A DNA stretch of 63,025 bases, counting the filler, from Myxococcota bacterium (GTDB taxonomy: Bacteria; Myxococcota_C; UBA6777): the NCBI GenBank assembly GCA_023150835.1. It is 3 parts of 3 records of this genome, joined end to end, with 100 filler letters (N's around TTAATTAATTAA, not from the genome) between each part and the next. Parts side by side here need not be neighbours in the genome. Positions count along the whole stretch, not along the records: positions 50,559 to 63,025 come from JAKLKB010000164.1; 2 more parts are not named here. One strand, 5' to 3'. Each line of letters begins with the position of its first letter. The first letter of the stretch is position 1. Under the pieces are notes generated by a model, which was not told where the DNA came from, searched no databases, and was given only the letters and a program-made list of their open reading frames with translations. Positions 56,643 through 63,025 of this stretch are shown here, in pieces. Made by a program: the position numbers and the translations under genes.

Positions 56643-58625
56643 TTAGGGTTGGGGGGAAGGAGGCGGCAGAAGGATACGCCAGAGGGTGTTGTCTCCTGCG
56701 CTTGCGGCCCAGATCTCACGTTGTTTTTGGGCGTTGGGCGGTGAGACGGCAAGGCCAAGGATGCCGAGGCCGAGTTTGATCTGCCGCGTGATCTGGCGGG
56801 TTTGGAGATCGAGGATCGAGATCATCCCGCCGTCGCGATGGCCGATGGCAGCGATGCCATCGAAGGCGATCACGGGTCCGGGGGCTGCATCGCCGCCTTG
56901 TTGATCGGAGAGCGTGAGGGTGTTGAGCAGTTGTCGCTGGTTGAGATCGACGATGTAGAATGCGCGCTTGGTGGGGTTGGTGACGACAGCGCGGGCGAGA
57001 TCGCTTTCGGCGGCGATCTGATCGGCTCCTGCGGGGAGAGCAAGCGAGCGTGTGGTGGTTTCCGTGAATTGCAAGCCATCGATCCAAAGCAGATGTGTTG
57101 CGCCTGTGAGAAGCAAGTAAAGCCCGAAGGGATGGGTATTTTGGCCGATGGCTGTTTGCGTCGAAGGCAGGGCGTTGCAAAGGATCTGTTGGGAGGCGAT
57201 ATCGACGCGGCACAGGCCCGCTTCTGGAGCGCCGAGCGCATCTTGTCCGCGAAATCGACCGATTAGTCGGCTTTGGAACAGCAAGAGATCACCGCTATGG
57301 TCACGTTTGGGGAGGGTCACAAAGGCTGCGCGTGTGCCGTCCTTGAGCGAGATCCTTTCGATGGATTGGGGCATTTGAACATAGGCGTGATCGTTGTCGA
57401 GGGCGATCCCTGAGGGGGATTCGGAGAGGTCGATGGTGTGGGTGAGTTTGGGAGGATCGTTTTGTCGATCAAAGAGCAAGACTTTTTTGGTATCGCGCAA
57501 AGAGACCGCTCCCCACGTTGCAGAAAGAGCCGTATAATGCGGATAGGACGGTGGAATGGCGATCGAAAAAGGTTGGTAGGTGCAGCCGTTGTCGATCTGC
57601 CCGTCGCAGTCGTTGTCAAGGTTGTCGCCGCAGATCTCAGAAGAGGCCGATGTATCGGGGATGCAAGTGACTTTGCCTGTGGGTGGGTGGCAAGCGGTGG
57701 TGCCTGTTTTGCAGACGCCTTGTTGTTGGGTTTCGCAGCGTTGGCCGGTTCCTTGGACGTTATCGATCTGGCCGTCGCAGTCATTGTCGATCCCATCGCA
57801 GCTTTCGGTGGTAGGAAGGATCTCGTCTTCACAAGAAGACCAGCTTTTGTTGTTGCAACGCTCGCGCCCTTCTTTGCAAGCGCCGATGCCTGCGGCAGTT
57901 TTGGGGCCGCTGTAGCAGGGACGCGAAAGGGCCTTCCCATCGGCGTCATTGTCGACTTGGCCGTCGCAATCGTTGTCGAGTCCATCGCAGATCTCGGCAG
58001 CGGGTAGGACTTGGCTTTGGCAGACGCCCCAGATCCCTGTGCTGTTGCAGGATTGACGGCCTTTTTTGCATTGCGTTCCCGGGAAGGTGAGCGTTTTTTC
58101 GATCCCGTCGTAGCAATCGCGAGCCTCGCCCGGCGTACATTCGACCTTGATACAACCCAGTTCGTCGATCTGTCCGTTGCAGTTGTCATCAACGTTGTTC
58201 CCGCAGTATTCGTCATTTCCGGGCTTAATCAGCGGATCGTTGTCGTTGCAATCAAGGGGAGGGGGGTAGCCGTCTTTGTCTTTGTCCTCTTGGGTGGGAG
58301 CGCATTGGTTGCCGACGCAGACTTGGCCTTTTTCGCATTCGATGTGGTAGCGGCAACCGTCGATACAGATCTTTTGGAAGCTGTTGCAATAGGTACGGGG
58401 TGGGCAGTCTTTGTCTTCTTGACAGGGGCCGCCTTTGTTGCTGCATGACCCGAGCAAGAGAAGCAGGGGGAGAAACAAGAGAAGCAGGGGGAGAAACAGC
58501 AAGAGTGGGCGACAAGATGTGCGTACATTCGACTGTGAGCGCGGAAGGCGCCATTGCATCGGCAAAGTGAGAACCCAGCGTGAGAATGCAAACGAGAGAA
58601 GAGTGAGAATCCAGCGTGAGATCAT
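56643..58625 (-). CDS. Cys-rich exported protein (MopE-related repeats plus YVTN-like beta-propeller)
   Basis: DKDKDGY..DCNDND and four CxxxDN[DN]C[DN]G-like repeats; ATGA overlap with the upstream stop. Confidence 0.85.
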   Translation of the reverse strand: MISRWILTLLSFAFSRWVLTLPMQWRLPRSQSNVRTSCRPLLLFLPLLLLFLPLLLLLGSCSNKGGPCQEDKDCPPRTYCNSFQKICIDGCRYHIECEKGQVCVGNQCAPTQEDKDKDGYPPPLDCNDNDPLIKPGNDEYCGNNVDDNCNGQIDELGCIKVECTPGEARDCYDGIEKTLTFPGTQCKKGRQSCNSTGIWGVCQSQVLPAAEICDGLDNDCDGQVDNDADGKALSRPCYSGPKTAAGIGACKEGRERCNNKSWSSCEDEILPTTESCDGIDNDCDGQIDNVQGTGQRCETQQQGVCKTGTTACHPPTGKVTCIPDTSASSEICGDNLDNDCDGQIDNGCTYQPFSIAIPPSYPHYTALSATWGAVSLRDTKKVLLFDRQNDPPKLTHTIDLSESPSGIALDNDHAYVQMPQSIERISLKDGTRAAFVTLPKRDHSGDLLLFQSRLIGRFRGQDALGAPEAGLCRVDIASQQILCNALPSTQTAIGQNTHPFGLYLLLTGATHLLWIDGLQFTETTTRSLALPAGADQIAAESDLARAVVTNPTKRAFYIVDLNQRQLLNTLTLSDQQGGDAAPGPVIAFDGIAAIGHRDGGMISILDLQTRQITRQIKLGLGILGLAVSPPNAQKQREIWAASAGDNTLWRILLPPPSPQP

Positions 58626-60526
58626 TGGCAAACCCCGTAGCGAAGGGGCTTTCCGCCAAAGCTCCAGATCAGCGGATTACAGCGTTCACCTGTGGGGCAG
58701 GCAGGGCGCTGTGTGTCGCAGACTTGGGCGCAGACGGTACGGCCTAGATTGATCAAGATGATGCACCAAGCGTTGCGGGTGCAGTTGCCTTGGGCGCTAC
58801 AGCTTTGTTGGCAAGAGCTACCGAGCGGGTTGGGGCCGATGGGTACGCAGTAAGAAGCGTCATCATCAGCAACGATGCAGTGTGTTCCGTTTGGGCAATC
58901 GTTGCCAAGAGGGGTGCAAGTCTCGGTGGGCAGGCATGTTTTTGTGTTGCGATCACAATAATAGCCTTTGTCACACGGATCGGCGGAGACAAATTGATTT
59001 CCGGGGTTGCAGCGTTGGCGGCAATAGGTTTGCGGAGAAGTCGTACAGACGGGTGCGTTGCCGAGGACGCAATCGGTTCCGATCTCACAGGGCAGATCGG
59101 CATGGCAGCGTTCGCCGAGGCGCGCAGGGGTGAGGCAACGGGTCTTGTGACAGATCTGACCGCCTGTGCAATCGGTGGAGTCGACGCATCCGACCAAAAA
59201 CAGGCGTTCTTGGGTGGCGATATTTCCCGAAGCATCGGTGGCTTTGATCGAGAAAACAAAGCGGCCTGTTCCGTATTGTTTGCGGAGATCTTTGAGCGTG
59301 ATCTCTTCGGTGATATCGGGGGTGGTATAGGTTTTTTTGTGAAGTTCCCACGTTTTTTTGGTTTGCTCGCTTTTGAGGGTGATGACGACCTGTGCGAGTT
59401 GTTGGTTGTCGGTGATGCGTGTGGCGAGTTTGACTTGATCTTCAAAGACTTGCCCTTCGCCCGGGGTGCGGATGAAGATCTCGGGAGGAACAGGGTCGAT
59501 GCGGACACGGATCTGGGTGGGCGGATCGGTGAGATTGCCAGCTTCATCGAGAGCGCGGGCGGAAAGGACGATGCTTTGTTCGCGGTTATAAGAGGCGGGG
59601 AGGGTGATGTAGATCGGAAAATCGGGGGCTTTTCGACCGACCCAAGGTGCGTTGGGTTCGGGACAGTAGGGATCTTTGGCACCTGTTGCGGCGGAGGGGT
59701 CCGAGCATCCGCTCCCATCGACAAGGAGTCGAACCTCGCGCACGCCAAAGCGATCTTGCGCATCGAAGCGAACGAGGAAAGAGCGACCGACAAGGGTATC
59801 TTCTTTTTCGGGTTCGATGAAACGTACGGTGGGAGAGGTGTTGTCGATGCGCGGAGTGCAGGTGATACGGCTAAGATTGCCGCGCAGATCCGTTCCTTCG
59901 ACGTTGAGATGAAGGGTTGTGCCGTCTTGGAAGTTTTGGGTGGGGAGCAAGAAGCGATAGGGTGCGATGAATTCAGCGGTGGTCGGGCCTTGTTGGCCGT
60001 CGATCGAGAGGGTGGGCGGTGCGCCAAGCTGTGTGTTGCTTTGGTTGATGGCGACGAGTAGGGCGTATGTGTCACGGATCCATTGTCCGTCGTAGCAGTT
60101 GACAAACCACAAGCGTGGTGGCTCGTTGAGGACTTGCACGAGAGTGATGCGCGATTCGATGGTGCTGCCGAACTGATCGTGTGCGATGGCTTTGAGATGG
60201 TAGAAGCCATCGGGTACTTGGAAGGTTCCCCATTGGAAGGAGTAAGGGGCTCGGTGGAGCTCGGCGAGGATACGTTCGGTTTGTTGGGTGGTGCGGGTGC
60301 GTTGTTGGGGGGTGAGCCAGAGCGAGACGTGGTGGATGGTTTGATCGGGAGACACTTCGATACGGACAGGGATGATCCCTGAGACATGGCCGGGTTTGGG
60401 GGATTCGATGGAGACTTTGATCTCGACACGTTCTCGATAATCGTCATCGCATCGGCATGCGCTGAGTGCGGCGAGCAGATTGATGCAAAGCCAAAACAGC
60501 GGATGCTGTAAGAAGACGCGGCGCAT
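58622..60526 (-). CDS. Lipoprotein with Ig-like domains and a Cys-rich C-terminus (paralog of 54793-56631)
   Basis: LSAC lipobox after MRRVFLQ; same domain order and F[LL][IV]GC junction as 54793-56631. Confidence 0.85.
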   Translation of the reverse strand: MRRVFLQHPLFWLCINLLAALSACRCDDDYRERVEIKVSIESPKPGHVSGIIPVRIEVSPDQTIHHVSLWLTPQQRTRTTQQTERILAELHRAPYSFQWGTFQVPDGFYHLKAIAHDQFGSTIESRITLVQVLNEPPRLWFVNCYDGQWIRDTYALLVAINQSNTQLGAPPTLSIDGQQGPTTAEFIAPYRFLLPTQNFQDGTTLHLNVEGTDLRGNLSRITCTPRIDNTSPTVRFIEPEKEDTLVGRSFLVRFDAQDRFGVREVRLLVDGSGCSDPSAATGAKDPYCPEPNAPWVGRKAPDFPIYITLPASYNREQSIVLSARALDEAGNLTDPPTQIRVRIDPVPPEIFIRTPGEGQVFEDQVKLATRITDNQQLAQVVITLKSEQTKKTWELHKKTYTTPDITEEITLKDLRKQYGTGRFVFSIKATDASGNIATQERLFLVGCVDSTDCTGGQICHKTRCLTPARLGERCHADLPCEIGTDCVLGNAPVCTTSPQTYCRQRCNPGNQFVSADPCDKGYYCDRNTKTCLPTETCTPLGNDCPNGTHCIVADDDASYCVPIGPNPLGSSCQQSCSAQGNCTRNAWCIILINLGRTVCAQVCDTQRPACPTGERCNPLIWSFGGKPLRYGVCQ

Positions 60527-60585
60527 CCGATAGAAAAAGGTTCCATTCTTTTTGGGGATAGGTGTCGCTTGTTGGGCAAGTTTTT

Positions 60586-60643
60586 GTGGGGCGCGGCCCC
60601 ACGCCCCGCAAGGGGTCGTGGCCCCCTTGACCCCAGATCGGCG
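60586..60643 (-). repeat. REP-like element family A (reverse)
   Basis: Reverse complement CGCCGATCTGGGGTCAAGGGGGCCACGACCCCTTGCGGGGCGTGGGGCCGCGCCCCAC. Confidence 0.8.
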
Positions 60644-60924
60644 GGGCGCGCAGACGTTTTTCAGACAGACGGCTGCGCCGCTTGAAGTGTTGCGAACACG
60701 GGATTTTTTTTGCAACGGCATCGCTCCCATCGAAAAGACTTGTGCTGACATACTGGCATTGCTCCGTATGGTGGGCAGCGTAGCGCTTGTGTCGAAAGCA
60801 GCTTCTGTCAGGAAGGTACGATGCGGCAGAAGGCGAAAAGATGTCAACGAGGCAGGGAGAGATCGACGAGGGAGACAGAGGCCCGCAGGCTGGGAAAGGC
60901 ATCCGATGAGGGGAGCGGGTCGGC

Positions 60925-61032
60925 GATGCGGAGTCTGTGGGCGATGCGGAGTTTGTAGGTGATGTAGAGTCTGTAGGGGATGTAGAGTTTGTAGGTGATG
61001 CGGAGTCTGTAGGGGATGTAGAGATTGCAGGC
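60925..61032. repeat. 18-bp tandem repeat x6 (GATGYRGAGTYTGTAGGK)
   Basis: Directly visible just downstream of the gcvH stop. Confidence 0.88.
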
Positions 61033-61038
61033 GAAAGA

Positions 61039-61416
61039 TCAATGGCCTGTGTGTTTGATGTAGGCGTCGGCGTCCATGAGGCCGTCTAGTTCGGAGTGAT
61101 CGGCGATCTCGACGCGATAGAGCCAGCCAGCGCCGTAGGGATCGGTGTTGACGAGTTCGGGGGATTTGGCGAGGGCTTCATTGATCTCGATGATCTTGCC
61201 GCTGATCGGCGAATAGATATCGGAGACGGTTTTGACGGACTCGATGGTTCCGAGGACATCTTTGTGGGCGATGGACTGATTGGACTTGGCGGAGAAGTCG
61301 AGGTATACGACATCACCAAGCTGATCTTGTGCGTGGTCCGTAATCCCCATCAAGCCTGTTTCGGGGTTGATCCATTCGTGGTCTTCGGTATAGCGGAGGT
61401 TGCTTGGAAATTTCAT
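61039..61416 (-). CDS. gcvH: Glycine cleavage system H protein
   Basis: YTEDHEW, GITDHAQDQLGDVVY, IESVK lipoyl-Lys, NTDPYGAGW. Confidence 0.97.
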   Translation of the reverse strand: MKFPSNLRYTEDHEWINPETGLMGITDHAQDQLGDVVYLDFSAKSNQSIAHKDVLGTIESVKTVSDIYSPISGKIIEINEALAKSPELVNTDPYGAGWLYRVEIADHSELDGLMDADAYIKHTGH

Positions 61417-61550
61417 ACTTAAAACTCCTCGTGTGCGAATCGACCCCTTCTTGTGGGGGGTTCTGATGTCGGGGGTTGGATGGGTGTGGTGTTGCTTCGG
61501 CGATGGGGTTGGTGTGGTATCGCTGAAGCGGTTTTGTTGTGTGGTCTTGT

Positions 61551-62681
61551 TTAGGCGATCTCGCTGGGTTTGGTATAGAAGGGGGTTTTGACGACTTGGG
61601 CCGCGAGCTTTTTGTTGCGGATATCGATGGTGAGGGAGCTTCCGGGTTTGGTATATTGGGGGAGGGCGGGGACATAGCCGATCCCGATGGATTGTTGGAG
61701 GCTGGGCGAAAAGCCACCTGAAGTGAGGAGGCCGATCTCGTTTTGGCCGTCTGCGTCGAAGATCTTGTAGCCGTGTCGGGGGACACCGCGATCGGTGAGT
61801 TGGATACCAACGAGGCGGCGGGAAGGTTTGTTTTGGATCTGTTCAAGGATGGCATCGCGTCCGAGAAAGGGGCCTTTTTCGGGCTTGACGGTCCAGCCCA
61901 GTCCGGCCTCGATCGGGTTGGTGGTTTGATCGATATCGTTTCCGTAGAGGGGATAACGCATCTCCATGCGCAAAGTGTCGCGTGCGCCAAGGCCGATGGG
62001 TGCGGCTCCTTTGTCGATCAGCGCATCCCACAGGACGGTGGCTTTTTGGGTGGGGACAAAGATCTCGAAACCATCTTCGCCTGTGTATCCTGTGCAAGCA
62101 GCCATACATTCGGCGATACCTGCAAGGGTGGTGGTGGTGAGTTGGTTGTGCTTGAGCGGCGTGAGGTCGACGGTGGAGAGAGCGTTGAGCATCGAGCGGG
62201 CTTGTGGGCCTTGGATCGCGATCAGCGCCCATTTGTCCCCATCTTCGGGAGTTTTCATAACGAAGCCGGCTTTGGCTTCGGCGGGGATGTTTTCTTGGAA
62301 CCAAGCGAAGTCTTTGTCGCGATTTGAGGCGTTGATCACGATGATGTAGTGGGCTTCTTGGAGGCGATAGACGAGGCAGTCGTCGACGATGCCACCGCTT
62401 GGGTAGCAGATCGGTGTGTAAAGTGATTGTCCATCGGACAGGCGTGCTGCATCGTTGGTGATCCAATGTTGGATCGCGGTCAGAGCGCCTTTTCCAAGGA
62501 TCTCGACACGGCCCATGTGGGAAACATCGAAGAGTCCGGCATATTGGCGGACTTTGTTGTGTTCTGCGACGATGCCTTCGTATTGGATCGGCATCTCCCA
62601 ACCTGCAAAGTCGACGATGCGGGCGTGATGGGCTTTGTGTTTTTCGTAGAGGGGAGTGCGGCGGGCCTGTTGTTCGGACAT
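61551..62681 (-). CDS. gcvT: Glycine cleavage system aminomethyltransferase T
   Basis: FAGWEMPIQY, FDVSHMG, TGYTGEDGFE, GLGARDTLRMEM. Confidence 0.97.
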   Translation of the reverse strand: MSEQQARRTPLYEKHKAHHARIVDFAGWEMPIQYEGIVAEHNKVRQYAGLFDVSHMGRVEILGKGALTAIQHWITNDAARLSDGQSLYTPICYPSGGIVDDCLVYRLQEAHYIIVINASNRDKDFAWFQENIPAEAKAGFVMKTPEDGDKWALIAIQGPQARSMLNALSTVDLTPLKHNQLTTTTLAGIAECMAACTGYTGEDGFEIFVPTQKATVLWDALIDKGAAPIGLGARDTLRMEMRYPLYGNDIDQTTNPIEAGLGWTVKPEKGPFLGRDAILEQIQNKPSRRLVGIQLTDRGVPRHGYKIFDADGQNEIGLLTSGGFSPSLQQSIGIGYVPALPQYTKPGSSLTIDIRNKKLAAQVVKTPFYTKPSEIA

Positions 62682-62722
62682 TGCGAATGCTCCTTGTTTG
62701 GGTCGCTGGATTTTTGCGGGGG

Positions 62723-62751
62723 AGGCTACTCCCTTCTTTGCGGGCTGTCAA
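62723..62751 (-). promoter_or_regulatory. Sigma-70-type promoter for gcvT
   Basis: Minus strand TTGACA-17 nt-TAGCCT about 40 nt upstream of the ATG. Confidence 0.65.
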
Positions 62752-62890
62752 CACTTTCGCGCAAACGGCGAAAGGAGCGTATGAAAAGAGCTTTCGGCCC
62801 TGCTGTCGAGCATCACGCGGAACATCCCCTGTGTCGAGTGATACGTGATCCGCCCGTTGTGTTAACGCGAAGATGTAGGGGCAGCCCCCA

Positions 62891-63025
62891 TAGGCGTTAG
62901 GTGAAGCGCTTGTTGGCCCCCCCACCCCAGCCCTCCCCCGTGAACAGGGGAGGGAGCGAAAGTCGGAAGCAGCGGGGATTTTGTTTTTTCATGACACACG
63001 CTGTATGCACGACGCGCAGACGCTG
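62891..63025 (-). mobile_element. MITE-like element, right part (reverse), abutting a GTAG REP
   Basis: Matches 25371-25505; flank GTAGGGGCAGCCCCCA-TA. Confidence 0.7.

Noticed and set aside
60527-61042. 172-aa N-terminal extension of the 58622 gene
   Set aside because: It is made of a tandem repeat and a REP; the lipoprotein signal starts at 60526.
62682-62880. Glycine riboswitch upstream of gcvT
   Set aside because: No GGAGA/CCGAAG/CTCTCAGG aptamer pattern is seen, and a promoter-like site lies only about 40 nt from the ATG.

Overview
This window is three contig pieces (about 1-25270, 25371-50458 and 50559-63025) joined by artificial N/TTAATTAATTAA linkers, so adjacency across the gaps is unproven. 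Gene content suggests a Myxococcota/deltaproteobacterial-type chromosome (inference). Piece 1 holds an ECF sigma with a partner ORF, a YfhO-like GT-C protein, a large MscS, a five-domain DsbA-like lipoprotein and an orphan SbcD. It also holds a rearranged spoVG-tRNA-Gln-rplY-pth-hppA-rpsF-rplI-dnaB block (no prs, no rpsR, mini-intein in DnaB), an M23 peptidase and an in-frame HemD-HemL fusion. Piece 2 holds an E2-like acyltransferase, an alpha/beta hydrolase, a U32 pair, RNase R, a small secreted protein with three Cys/Arg/Trp repeats, several large Cys-rich lipoproteins, sppA, a thioredoxin-TPR protein and a 20-bp tandem array. Piece 3 holds radA, cysM, three Cys-rich/Ig-like lipoproteins and gcvTH. 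Intergenic DNA carries two REP-like families and a roughly 240-bp TA-flanked MITE-like element that sits in or next to REP hairpins. The best leads are the disulfide-rich surface proteome with a penta-DsbA, the triple CP-x6-C-x17-C-x-RW-x-C peptide, the HemD-HemL fusion, the rpsR-less S6 operon and the nested REP/MITE system. No database searches were run.
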